Origin: Gemmatimonadota bacterium
Lineage (GTDB): Bacteria; Gemmatimonadota; Gemmatimonadetes; Gemmatimonadales; GWC2-71-9
Assembly (NCBI GenBank): GCA_003222195.1
Contig: QHVB01000035.1
Span: forward strand, 19-64,018
Direction: 5' to 3'
Length of the DNA: 64,000 nucleotides
A program made the translations under genes and the position numbers. Below the pieces are notes generated by a model. That model was not told the DNA's origin and made no database searches. It saw nothing but the letters and a program-made list of their open reading frames with translations. Positions 26,756 to 36,800 of the stretch are shown in pieces (positions within the stretch are counted from its first letter, which is position 1; each line of letters starts with the position of its first letter).

Positions 26756-29554
26756 CTATTGGATCAGTCGGACTTCTGCCCGTGCGTAGAGATACCGGCC
26801 GTTGTAACCGAACGGCGACGCCGCGGCCCAGGGGAACGTGTTGTCGTTGTTGTTGAATTCCGCTTTGGGTTTGTCCGGGTACACATCGAACAGGTTGCGC
26901 GCGCCGATCGCCAGATTCACGTCGCTGAAGTGATAACCCACTTCGGCGTCGATCAGCGTCTTGCCGCCGTACGTCTCACGATCGGTGAAGCTCGGCTGCG
27001 CGGAGGCAAAGCCGCCGTAGTAGGAAAGGCGACCGAGCCCGTGCACGCGGCCGACCGTGTATTGCGCGGTCAGCGTGCCGCGCCAATCGGGACGTTCCTC
27101 CTCGATGCCCACCTTGGTCACGAGATCGAGAATGCTGGTGAGGTCGGTCGGCTTGCCCTGCAGGATCTGCGGCAACGGATCGACGCGCGTGATCCGATTC
27201 TTGGTGTAGTTCACGGCGGCGTTGAGGTCGAGCATGCCGCGACCCGCGGGCACATGGACATCTCCGGTGACGTCCACGCCGTTCGTCCGCGTATCGAGGC
27301 CGTTCGTGAAGAACTGCACGGCACCGATGTTGGAGAAGCCCGAATCCGCGAGGATCGCCTGCGAAACCGAATCGCCGAATGTGGCACCCAGGAGAATTCG
27401 GTTGTCGATCGTGATGCGGAAATAGTCGACCGTGAAGGTGACGTTATCCCGTGGGGTGAGGGCGAACCCTGCGCTCAAGTTCACGGACGTCTCTTCCTTC
27501 AGCGGCTTGGCCCCAAAGATGCGCGAGGCCCGGTTGTCCACCGGGAAGTTGCCCACCTGAATGAACTGCCCGCCAATGACGTTCGTGGTCGTATGACTGA
27601 AGAAGCTTTGCGCCAAGCCGGGGGCGCGAAACCCGGTGCTCGCCGCTGCCCGCAGCGCGAATCGCTGCGCCGGCTGATAGCGGAGCGCCACCTTTCCGGT
27701 GAGCCGCTGCCCGAAGTCGCTGTAATGCTCGAACCGGCCGGCGACGTTTGCCAGGAACTGTTTGGTGAGCTGGCTCTCGAGATCGAGATACGCGCCCACG
27801 TTGGTACGACCGTGGTCACTCGCGTCCGTAGGAGCGAAGCCGGGGAACACCGACGAGCCCGCCGGAGCCGGCAGGCTGTCATCGTCCGCCGTCCCCCAGA
27901 TGCCGTCGGCGCCGGCGCTGTCCTGGGCGAGATGGTTGCCGTTGATCCAAGACGCTGGTTCGCCGGCCTCGATCTTGAAGCTCTCGCGCCGGTATGCGGC
28001 GCCGAGCGCGACGTTGACGGGCGCCGATAGGCCGAGGCTCACCGGCTTGGCCAGGTTGACGGCGAAGATGCCTTCGGTCCGCTTCAGACGACCGGCGAAG
28101 AATGAGAGCTTATTCGGAATGCGGGGATCGTCCGCCGTCCCGAGGATTCGGTCCGGTCCGGGCGCACACGCCGTCACGAGGCAGGGGCCGAGCGACGGGT
28201 TGTTCGTATGCTCCAGGTTGTAGTCGAACCGGTTTCCACCGTACGACCCGCCGATATCGAGTGACCAGCCGCTGACGTTGGCCCGGAAGCCCGCGACGCC
28301 GGAGTAGTCCGCGACATCGGGCCGGAATTGCGGCAGGAATCCCTGCGGATAGAACTGCGGCCAGTTCTTGTTGCTGTCGAAATAGCGCCAGAAGCCGTTG
28401 CCCGTGCCGGTGCGATGGCTGTAGCCACCAAATGCATAGACTTCGCTCGTGCCTCCCGGATTGAGCGGCATCCGGAAGTTCGCGAACGTCATCCCGTCCT
28501 CCTCCAGTCCGTCGCCCCAGTGATAATTCGGTTGGGGCAGCACATTGCGTTTCTGGATGATCTGACCGGTGTTCGGATCGATGAGATCGTTCACACCTTT
28601 TGTGTCGACCAGGAACGAATCCGGCCAGGCGCGGTTGGTCTTGTCGCGATGGAGATATTCGCCGAACACGGCGAGGGAGCCGCGGCCCAGCTGAATGCCC
28701 CAGCCGCCGTTCAGATCCCCCGTGGTCCCGTCGACCGGATACCCCTTCGAGTTGTACTGGCCGACGTCGGCGTTGATGAACGGGGAGAAGCCGCCCTCCT
28801 TCAGCACGACGTTTACCACGCCGGCAATCGCGTCGGAGCCGTACTGCGCCGACGCACCGTCCCGCAGCACCTCGATGCGATCGATCGCCCCGCCCGGCAG
28901 CGCATTGAGATCGACCCCGCTCGATCCGGCGCCCATGCCGTAGGCGAACGTATTGAGCACCGCCATTTGATGGCGGCGCCAGCCGTTGACCAGCACCAGC
29001 GTGTGATCGGGACTGAGACCCCGCAGCGTGAACGGCCGCGCGATGTCGTTCGCGTCGGTCACGCTCTGCCGCGGGAAATTGACCGACGGCGCGAGCGCCT
29101 GGAGGATCTGACTCGTCTCGTGCGTGCCTTGCAGCGCAATGTCCTCGGATGTGAACACGTCCACCGGCACCGCGAGCTGCTCCGCCGCGGTATGCCGCGC
29201 GCGGGACCCGACGACCACGTCGACCGGGGAGAGGCTGATCGCCTGCGCGGCCAGCGTGAAGTCCTGGGTGACCGGCGACTGGCCGACGGTCACCTTCACC
29301 GACTGCGGCACGTAGCCGAGCAGCCGAACGCGCAGCGTGTAGGTGCCGGCCGCGACACCGCGAATCTCGTAGCGCCCCTGTTCGTCGCTCGTCGCGCGCA
29401 GGCCCGCGGCCTCCGCCGAGATCGTGGCCCGCGCGAGCGGCGCTCCGGAGGCGTCTGCCACGCGCCCACGAATCGATCCGTTCTGTCCCAGCAGCGTCGC
29501 CGGAAGCAAGGCCAGCATGAGAACGAGTAAACTCTCGACACGTCGCATATTCAT
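26756..29554 (-). CDS. TonB-dependent receptor with N-terminal CarboxypepD_reg domain
   Basis: The start is probably M20/M22 of the track ORF (MNMRRVESLLVLMLALLPATLLGQ). GSIRGRVADASG.., plug ..IEVLRDGASAQYGSDAIAGVVNVVLK.., beta-barrel. 12 nt upstream of the next receptor gene. Confidence 0.9.
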   Translation of the reverse strand: MNMRRVESLLVLMLALLPATLLGQNGSIRGRVADASGAPLARATISAEAAGLRATSDEQGRYEIRGVAAGTYTLRVRLLGYVPQSVKVTVGQSPVTQDFTLAAQAISLSPVDVVVGSRARHTAAEQLAVPVDVFTSEDIALQGTHETSQILQALAPSVNFPRQSVTDANDIARPFTLRGLSPDHTLVLVNGWRRHQMAVLNTFAYGMGAGSSGVDLNALPGGAIDRIEVLRDGASAQYGSDAIAGVVNVVLKEGGFSPFINADVGQYNSKGYPVDGTTGDLNGGWGIQLGRGSLAVFGEYLHRDKTNRAWPDSFLVDTKGVNDLIDPNTGQIIQKRNVLPQPNYHWGDGLEEDGMTFANFRMPLNPGGTSEVYAFGGYSHRTGTGNGFWRYFDSNKNWPQFYPQGFLPQFRPDVADYSGVAGFRANVSGWSLDIGGSYGGNRFDYNLEHTNNPSLGPCLVTACAPGPDRILGTADDPRIPNKLSFFAGRLKRTEGIFAVNLAKPVSLGLSAPVNVALGAAYRRESFKIEAGEPASWINGNHLAQDSAGADGIWGTADDDSLPAPAGSSVFPGFAPTDASDHGRTNVGAYLDLESQLTKQFLANVAGRFEHYSDFGQRLTGKVALRYQPAQRFALRAAASTGFRAPGLAQSFFSHTTTNVIGGQFIQVGNFPVDNRASRIFGAKPLKEETSVNLSAGFALTPRDNVTFTVDYFRITIDNRILLGATFGDSVSQAILADSGFSNIGAVQFFTNGLDTRTNGVDVTGDVHVPAGRGMLDLNAAVNYTKNRITRVDPLPQILQGKPTDLTSILDLVTKVGIEEERPDWRGTLTAQYTVGRVHGLGRLSYYGGFASAQPSFTDRETYGGKTLIDAEVGYHFSDVNLAIGARNLFDVYPDKPKAEFNNNDNTFPWAAASPFGYNGRYLYARAEVRLIQ

Positions 29555-29617
29555 GCCTTTCGGGATGGGATCGTTCGCCCTAGTGCTACCGCGCTCCGCG
29601 AAGACCGTCAAGCGACG

Positions 29618-29854
29618 CTAGTGATGATGCGCGTTCCAGGGGTCGCCTTCGGAAAACGCCATTACGTGCACCATCCACCCGAACAGGCGCGGGTGAAACC
29701 GCCCGCCGACCGCCTCGCAGGCTTCCGCCGTCGCGATCGGCGATTTTGGCCCGAATACCGGCTGGCCATCCTTGGTCTCGCGCCAGCGGCGACGCGCGTC
29801 CGCGAGTGGCGGCAGGCACCAGTTGATGTGCTGGTGCCACCGACGCGGTGGCAG
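29618..29854 (-). CDS. possible small ORF (~78 aa) immediately upstream of the TonB-dependent receptor, ending ..GDPWNAHHH
   Basis: Strong G/C third-position bias across ..RRWHQHINWCLPPLADARRRWRETKDGQPVFGPKSPIATAEACEAVGGRFHPRLFGWMVHVMAFSEGDPWNAHHH*. No ATG/GTG start clear of the divergent gene (CTG at 29854 is possible). No family recognised. Confidence 0.3.
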   Translation of the reverse strand: MPPRRWHQHINWCLPPLADARRRWRETKDGQPVFGPKSPIATAEACEAVGGRFHPRLFGWMVHVMAFSEGDPWNAHHH

Positions 29855-29941
29855 CCGGCGGCCAGCACATATAGTAGAAGGACCACTCCTCGCATTACCA
29901 CCACTATAGATTCCCCCGGGAGCCTTTGCGAGGGAGGATTT

Positions 29942-30337
29942 ATGCGCCGTTTCGCTTTGCTGTGCTTCGTGATTACTGCTCCCCTTGCCGTCGCCGCGCA
30001 GCGACCCGCTGCGCCCCAACCCCCCCAGCCCGCCCCATCAGTCCCCGCGGCGCCGCATGACAGCGTTCGGGGTGCGATTCGCGCCATTGACGTTCGCGCC
30101 CGCACGGTCGAAGTCACGACCGGGGTCGGTTATGCCTTGCGCGTCGTGGTCTTGCAGGTGCCCGCCAGCGTGCCGATTACCGCTGCCGTAGCGGGTCAGC
30201 GCCAGCCCATCGGGCTGGCAGCCCTGAAGCTCGGCGACGTCGTTCGCGCCAGCTTCGGTGGGCAGCGCGCTCCCTTTGTCGCCTACACGATCGAGCGGAT
30301 CGGCCGTGTGGAAACCGGCGTGGAGTCGACCCCATGA
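29942..30337 (+). CDS. small secreted protein (131 aa), upstream partner of the DUF1111 di-heme protein
   Basis: Internal ATG of track ORF 29621..30337. MRRFALLCFVITAPLAVAAQ signal, Pro-rich linker, then a beta-rich domain. Its stop overlaps the next start (ATGA). Confidence 0.55.
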   Translation: MRRFALLCFVITAPLAVAAQRPAAPQPPQPAPSVPAAPHDSVRGAIRAIDVRARTVEVTTGVGYALRVVVLQVPASVPITAAVAGQRQPIGLAALKLGDVVRASFGGQRAPFVAYTIERIGRVETGVESTP

Positions 30338-31491
30338 CGCACCGCCGCGTGATCATCGGCGCGATCGCGCTGGCCGCGGCCGCCGCATGCAAGCGGCCGC
30401 AGCCCGGTGACCCGGTGCGCGGGCTGTCCGCGGCGGAGCGAGCGCGATTCGACAGTGGGCGCGCCGTGTTCGACAGCACCTTTACGCCCGCAGTCGGACT
30501 GGGCCCGCTGTTCAATGCCAGTGGATGCAAGGAGTGCCACGAGGATCCCGTGTCCGGCGGCGTCGGCGACGAGGTCGAGCGGCATGCCGCCGTCTTCCAT
30601 CCTGAGCGCATTGGGGCCGTCTGCGACCAGCTGGCCGCGCAGGGCGGACCGGTGTTTCAGGACAGCGTGACTCCCGCGCTCCACGCAGCGCTCGGCATCG
30701 ACCGCGAACCGCTGCCGGCCGGCGTTACGACCGTCGCGGCGCGGACCACGCCCGAAATCTTCGGGTTCGGTTTCCTCGACGCGATCCCCGACTCCGTCAT
30801 CCTGTCGTACGCCGATCCAGACGATCGCGATCATGATGGCATTTCGGGCCGTCCCAATCGCTTCGTCGACGGGCGGCTGGGGCGCTTTGGGCGGAAGGCG
30901 TTCGTGCCCACGCTGCGTGAGTTCAACGACGCAGCATTTCAGGTCGAGATCGGAATCACGAATCCATCGGTGCCCCTGGAAGGGACGGTGACGGGCCAGC
31001 CATTGCCCCCGGGTACGGACCCCGCTCCCGACCCTGAACTGAATGCGCACGGCTTGGAACTGACGGACGCATTCGTGCGCCTGCTGGCGCCGCCGGCGCC
31101 GCTGAAACAGTCGCGCGAGGCTCGGCACGGCCGGGACGTATTCACTCAGGTCAAATGCGCCGGCTGTCACATCCCCGCGCTCCGCACGGGAGATAGCCCG
31201 ATCGAGGCGCTGCGTTACAAGGACGTGGCGGCGTTTACCGATCTGCTGCTCCATGACATGGGTCCCGATCTCGCGGACATCTGTTTTGGTCTCGCGACGC
31301 CGAGCGAGTTCCGTACGGAGCCGCTCATGGGGCTGCGGTTGAGGTCCCATTTCCTCCATGACGGCCGGGCCAATACCCCCGAACAGGCCATCGACTTGCA
31401 CGGCGGAGAGGCGACGCGGTCGCGCGAATTGTTCCGGGCGCTCCCGGCGGCAGATCGGGCGGCGCTGCTGGCGTTTCTAAAGACACTGTGA
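30334..31491 (+). CDS. di-heme oxidoreductase family lipoprotein (DUF1111, cytochrome-c-peroxidase-like)
   Basis: Lipobox ..LAAAAAC. CKECH and CAGCH. ..GRFGRKAFVPTLREF.., ..EFRTEPLMGLR..FLHDGRA.. are typical of DUF1111. Confidence 0.85.
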   Translation: MTHRRVIIGAIALAAAAACKRPQPGDPVRGLSAAERARFDSGRAVFDSTFTPAVGLGPLFNASGCKECHEDPVSGGVGDEVERHAAVFHPERIGAVCDQLAAQGGPVFQDSVTPALHAALGIDREPLPAGVTTVAARTTPEIFGFGFLDAIPDSVILSYADPDDRDHDGISGRPNRFVDGRLGRFGRKAFVPTLREFNDAAFQVEIGITNPSVPLEGTVTGQPLPPGTDPAPDPELNAHGLELTDAFVRLLAPPAPLKQSREARHGRDVFTQVKCAGCHIPALRTGDSPIEALRYKDVAAFTDLLLHDMGPDLADICFGLATPSEFRTEPLMGLRLRSHFLHDGRANTPEQAIDLHGGEATRSRELFRALPAADRAALLAFLKTL

Positions 31492-31507
31492 CCGGGGGGG
31501 GACGAAC

Positions 31508-32068
31508 TCAGCCGTGTAGCTGCTCGAAGTGCGGCTTCTCGACCAGGAGATAGAAGCCGAGAATCGCCGCCTGGGCGAAGGCGGCCGCGACCATTCCGGG
31601 CCACGAACCGGTAATCAGGGCGAGGCCGTACATCTGGAGATAGCCGATGGTATACATCGGATTCGAGACGTAGCGATACGGGCCGGTGCTCACCGGCCCG
31701 CGCGCGTTCCCGGGGTCGAAGAAGTTGTGCCAGTAATACGCGTCGCTGCCGAGGGTGCGCGCGGCCCACAGCTTCACGCCGAGACCGATGATCACGAGGA
31801 TCGCACCGGTCGTGATCAGAACGACGCTCGGGACTGGAAGGATCACCGTCCCGCGGGTCACGACGCACAGCAGAACGAACACGACTGCGTCGTGGTTCAT
31901 GACGAGCGCGGCCCGGCGCCGGAAGCGCCGAAACGCCTCGGCACGTCCAAACCGCCGCGTGTAGACGCCGTCGCGGTCTTCCCGCCGCAGCGCTCCACCC
32001 ACAAACAGCACGTACGCCATTCGGCTGAGAATGGCGTACGCGAAGACCGCGACCTGCGCCGCGCTCAC
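31508..32068 (-). CDS. ICMT/PEMT-family membrane methyltransferase
   Basis: C-terminal ..GPYRYVSNPMYTIGYLQMYGLALITGS.. motif and 4-5 TM helices. The GTG start in a GTGA overlap with the upstream stop is preferred over the track start at 32182. Confidence 0.75.
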   Translation of the reverse strand: MSAAQVAVFAYAILSRMAYVLFVGGALRREDRDGVYTRRFGRAEAFRRFRRRAALVMNHDAVVFVLLCVVTRGTVILPVPSVVLITTGAILVIIGLGVKLWAARTLGSDAYYWHNFFDPGNARGPVSTGPYRYVSNPMYTIGYLQMYGLALITGSWPGMVAAAFAQAAILGFYLLVEKPHFEQLHG

Positions 32069-32430
32069 TTCCGGCCGAAGAGGCGCACAGTCGCCAAACC
32101 GCGCGTCCATCGGCTGCGGTACCAGAAATCGACGCGCCGCAGGATCCGCACGGGTCCTGGGAGATCGATCGTGCGGCTCCACGAGCCCTGATGGAATTGC
32201 ACGCGGGTCTCGGGCGAAAAGCTTTGGCCGTTCCCGAAGGTGACTTTGATGTTGTACATCTCGAGATTGCCGCCCGCGACTTCGATCCTAATCGCGGTGA
32301 ATCCGCCTTCGCGCGCGCCCACGATCATGGCGTCGTGATCGAGCGTGAAACTCACGCGGCGGGTACCCAGCAATTCCCAATCGGCGGTTGGGACGGTCAG
32401 GAGGACGAGAGCGGCCAGGACAGCGCGCAT
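32065..32430 (-). CDS. small secreted hypothetical protein
   Basis: 121 aa. Signal MRAVLAALVLLTVPTA, beta-rich body. No recognised family. Confidence 0.5.
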   Translation of the reverse strand: MRAVLAALVLLTVPTADWELLGTRRVSFTLDHDAMIVGAREGGFTAIRIEVAGGNLEMYNIKVTFGNGQSFSPETRVQFHQGSWSRTIDLPGPVRILRRVDFWYRSRWTRGLATVRLFGRK

Positions 32431-32571
32431 GCGGGAGCCTCCGAATCAGGGGTGAACCGGTGAGTGCAACATACTATGCGCGTCCGCGCGGCACTAAGCC
32501 CTCCTGTGGCGCGACCGCCATAGTGACGATCGCGACAATCGCGGAGGTATAGTCTAGACAAGGAGGCCAGA

Positions 32572-33819
32572 ATGAAGCCTGCGCGTCTGATCGCGATTGC
32601 CGTGATGTTGCTGTCCCTGAGTTGCGCCAAAGATCCTGTTGGTGGTCCTGGTGCGCCGCCCCGGATTACCGCGTTACCGCGTGCACTCACGAGCCAGGAA
32701 CAGCAGCTAATTCAGGCTGACAACCGGTTTGCCATCGCGCTGCTGAAGCAGGTGACGGCCGACACGCGGGACACAGTGCCGAATCTGTTCATCTCGCCGC
32801 TCTCGGTCGCCATGGCGCTCGCGATGACGTATAACGGGGCGGCGGGAACGACCGAAGCGGCGATGCGCTCGACACTCGAACTGGACAGCATGAGCGTCGC
32901 GGACGTGAATGTCGCGTACCGCGGTTTGATCGAGATGCTCCGAAATCTCGACCCGCATGTGCGGTTTCAGATCGCGAACTCCATCTGGTACAAGCAAGGC
33001 TATACGATCGAGCAGCCGTTCCTCGCTGCCAATCACGACTACTACGACGCGCAGGTTACGGCCCTCGACTTTACCTCGCCCACCGCGCCGGCGACGATCA
33101 ACAATTGGGTCAGCCAGCAGACCCACGGCCTGATCGACCACATCGTCGATGCGATCCCGGACTACATGCGCCTCTATCTCATCGATGCGATCTACTTCAA
33201 GGGAGACTGGACTCAACAGTTCGATCCGGAGCAGACCAAGCCGCGGCCGTTCCGGCTCGATGACGGCTCGACGGTGGACCTGGCGACGATGGCCCGTGGG
33301 CCGGGGGAGCTCCGGCTATCCGATCAACCGAGTGCCACGATTGTGGATCTGCCGTACGGCGGCGCTGCCTTCTCGATGACCATTGTCCTGCCGCGGGACA
33401 CCACCACTGTGGATCACGTCGTCGACGCCTTGACGCAGGAACAATGGAACGGGTGGATCGCGAGCCTGCAGCCGGGTGAGAACGAAGTCCTGCTACCAAA
33501 GTTCAAACTCACCAACGATCTGTCATTGATCCCCTCGCTCACCGGTCTGGGTATGGGCGCCGCCTTCAGCGTTTTCGCGGATTTCACCCGCATCCATACG
33601 CCGTCGGAGCTGGCCATCACCGAGGTGAAGCACAAGACGTATGTCGATGTGAACGAAGAGGGCACGGTCGCGGCGGCAGTGACCTCGGTGGGTCTCGGCG
33701 TCACGAGCGTCGGGCCCAGGATCATCATTGTCGATCGGCCGTTCCTCTTTGCGTTGCGGGAGAACCTGTCGGGGACGATTCTGTTCATGGGGGTGATTCG
33801 ACACCCGCCCGCGAACTAG
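32572..33819 (+). CDS. serpin-family protease inhibitor, lipoprotein
   Basis: Lipobox LLSLSC. Serpin blocks ..NLFISPLSVAMALAMTYNGA.., ..LYLIDAIYFKGDW.., reactive-centre hinge ..VNEEGTVAAAVTS.. followed by ..IIVDRPFLFALRE... Confidence 0.9.
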   Translation: MKPARLIAIAVMLLSLSCAKDPVGGPGAPPRITALPRALTSQEQQLIQADNRFAIALLKQVTADTRDTVPNLFISPLSVAMALAMTYNGAAGTTEAAMRSTLELDSMSVADVNVAYRGLIEMLRNLDPHVRFQIANSIWYKQGYTIEQPFLAANHDYYDAQVTALDFTSPTAPATINNWVSQQTHGLIDHIVDAIPDYMRLYLIDAIYFKGDWTQQFDPEQTKPRPFRLDDGSTVDLATMARGPGELRLSDQPSATIVDLPYGGAAFSMTIVLPRDTTTVDHVVDALTQEQWNGWIASLQPGENEVLLPKFKLTNDLSLIPSLTGLGMGAAFSVFADFTRIHTPSELAITEVKHKTYVDVNEEGTVAAAVTSVGLGVTSVGPRIIIVDRPFLFALRENLSGTILFMGVIRHPPAN

Positions 33820-33882
33820 CGGCGCAGCAGGTGCGCGGTTGGCGGGATACATTGGGACGGTCTCCCACATCGGGTTCACGCC

Positions 33883-36800
33883 ATGCGCGCACCATCTCTG
33901 CTGGTGCTCTGCGCCGCCACACTCGCGGCCGCTCCGCTCAGAGCGCAAGCCATCGATGCCCGTCAGCTTTCCGCACTGGTTTGGCGGAACGTCGGCCCAT
34001 TCCGCGGCGGACGGATCTCCGCGGCGTCGGGCGTCATCGGACAGCCCGGCGTGTTCTACGTCGGCACGCCCGAGGGCGGCGTTTGGAAGACGACAAGCGC
34101 TGGGGCGACGTGGTACCCGATCTTCGATTCCATTAGGACCGTTTCGTCCATCGGCGCTCTCGAGGTGGCGCAGTCGGACCCGAACGTAATTTACGTCGGC
34201 ACGGGCGACCTGAATTCCTACTTCGACGGGCGGGGCGACGGGATGTACAAGTCCTCCGATGCCGGACGGAGCTGGCGTCGCATCGGTCTCGAGGGCACCC
34301 AACAAATCACGTCGATCCTGGTTCACCCGCGCGACCCCAACCTCGTCCTGGTCGGGGCGCTGGGAGGCTTTTTCCAGACCCAGAGCGACGCGCGTGGCGT
34401 CTTCCGCTCGACCGACGGCGGCGCGAACTGGGTCAAGACCCTCTACGTCGACGACAAGACCGGCATCGGAACGCTCGCCCGCGCGGCAGACGCGCCCGAC
34501 GTCATCCTAGCTGCCACTATGTTCCGCTCCGGGGCGCCAGGGACCGGTATCTTATTCGGGCAGAGGACCGACACGGCGCAGACCCGCACGCGGCTGTACA
34601 AATCCATAGACGGTGGGTTGACCTGGCATGAGGTGTCAGGCGGAGGGCTGCCCCGCCTCACGGGTCGCATCTCTCTCGCGATCGCCGTGGGCACGAACGC
34701 TCAGCGCAGCTATCTCATCGGCAACTTCGGACTCTACCGCTCCGACGATGGCGGCACGTCGTGGCGGCAGATGGCGGCGGACGACAAGCGGATCGCCAAC
34801 GGGCAGGGCGGCTATAACTCCGGGGTCTCTGTCGACCCGAAAAATCCCGACGTCGTCTACACATTCCACGTGACGGCTTACAAGTCCACCGATGGCGGTA
34901 ACAGCTTCGTGGCCTTCAAGGGCGGCCCGCCCGGCGGCGACGATCCGCAGGTGATGTGGATCGACCCCACTGACGGCAAGCGCATCCTCATGGGTTACGA
35001 CCAGGGGGCGATTGTTTCATTCGACGGCGGCGACAGCTGGAGCTCGTGGTACAACCAATCCACCGAGCAGGTCTATCACGTCGCCGCCGACAACTCGTTT
35101 CCCTATTGGATTTACGCGACGCAGCAGGACGCCGGCGCCATCGCCACGCGCAGTCGCGGCGACCTGGGGACGATCACGCCCATCGACTGGAAGCCGGTAC
35201 CCGCTTGGGAGTGGGGCACGATCCTTCCCGATCCGCTTGATCCCAACATCGTCTTCTCGAGCGGACTCAGCATCTCGAAGATCAGCTATCCCAGTGGCGC
35301 GTGGATTAACGTGGGGCCGGAGCAGGATCCGTCGCTCAAGCTGCGCGCCTCACTGAACCTCCCGATCGTCTTCTCGACGTGGCACGGGCAGCGCGAGCTG
35401 CTCGCGGGCTATCAGTATCTCATGGCGACGAGGGACGGCGGGGTGACCTGGACGAAGCTGGGTCCCGATCTCAGTGAGACACGGGCCCACCCGGCCCCGA
35501 GCGACACGAGCATTCGACGTTGCGCGTGCATCTGGTCGATCGCGGCATCGACCGTGCGGCCCGGCGTCATCTGGATTGGGGCCATCAACGGCATCGTCCA
35601 GGTGTCGCGAAACCACGGGGTGACGTGGAACGACGTAACAAGCCCGGATATCGGCGTCGGTGTGCGCGTAACGCCCACCTGGGTCGAGGCGTCGCGCTTC
35701 GACGCGGGTACGGCGTACACCGCCTTCAACTTCCAGTATCGCGGCGACGTCGCCCCACATCTCTACCGCACTCGTGACTACGGGAACACGTGGACGAAGA
35801 TCGTGGCTGGATTGCCGGCGACCTCGCCCGGCGGCGCGTCTGTGCGTGTCGTGCGAGCGGATCCCAAGCGGTCCGGCCTGCTATTCGCCGGCACGGGGAG
35901 CGGCGTGTATGTCTCGTTCGACGACGGCGATCACTGGCAGTCCCTGATGCTCAACCTGCCGACCACGATCGTCGACGACATCGCCTTCCACGACAACGAT
36001 CTGATCGTCGGCACGTATGGCCGCGGCATCTGGGTGCTCGACGACATCGGGCCGCTGCGGCAGCTCAGCGCGGCGCTGGCCAGCGACCCGGCCCATCTGT
36101 TCAAGCCGAGCGAAGCGTTTCGTGTGCGGCGGAATGTGGACTACAACACGCCGTTCCCCAAGGAAGAACCGCAGGCACCGAATCCCCCGCCGGGAGCCAT
36201 CATCTACTACTTGCTCGGCAGCAAACCGTCGGCGGGTATCGCGATTGATGTGCTCGATGCGAAAGGCAATCTCGTGCGCCACCTGACGAGTGCTCCGTCC
36301 ACGCCGGTTCGCGAAGCCGGGCGGGCGCCGATGGAACAGTTCTGGCTCGCGCCGCCGAGTGCTCTCCCGGTGAACATCGGACTCAATCGCGTCGCGTGGG
36401 ACCTCAGGTACGACACGCCGCCCGCCTTCGCACATTCGTTCGAGTTCAACGGCAACCCAGGTTCCACACCGATGGCGCCCGAAGGACCGCTGGCGCTGCC
36501 GGGCGTCTATACCGTTCGGCTCACGGTCGACGGTAACCACTACATGCAGACGATCGCCGTGCGCGCCGACCCACGCTCACACGTCACCCCGGCGGCACTC
36601 GCCGCCCAGCACGCCCTGCTCATGCGGCTGAACTCCGGACTTCAGGCGACGTGGGATGACTTCAAGCCCGTCGCGGAGCTGCGCGCTCGAGTCGCGAAGC
36701 TCGCCCCGGACGACACGGTATCCGAAGTCGGGAAAGCTGCGAAGAAGCTCGTGACGACGTTGGATTCCATTGCGGGGGATTCCCTGACGGACGCGCGCCA

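Noticed and set aside
26477-29530. + strand ORFs 26477..28030 and 28328..29530
   Set aside because: They lie antisense to the TonB-dependent receptor genes and have a non-protein-like Arg/Glu/His composition.
29621-29941. N-terminal 107 codons of + ORF 29621..30337
   Set aside because: There is no signal peptide and the composition is Arg/Pro-rich. A clean signal peptide starts at the internal ATG at 29942. This stretch is antisense to the candidate small ORF.
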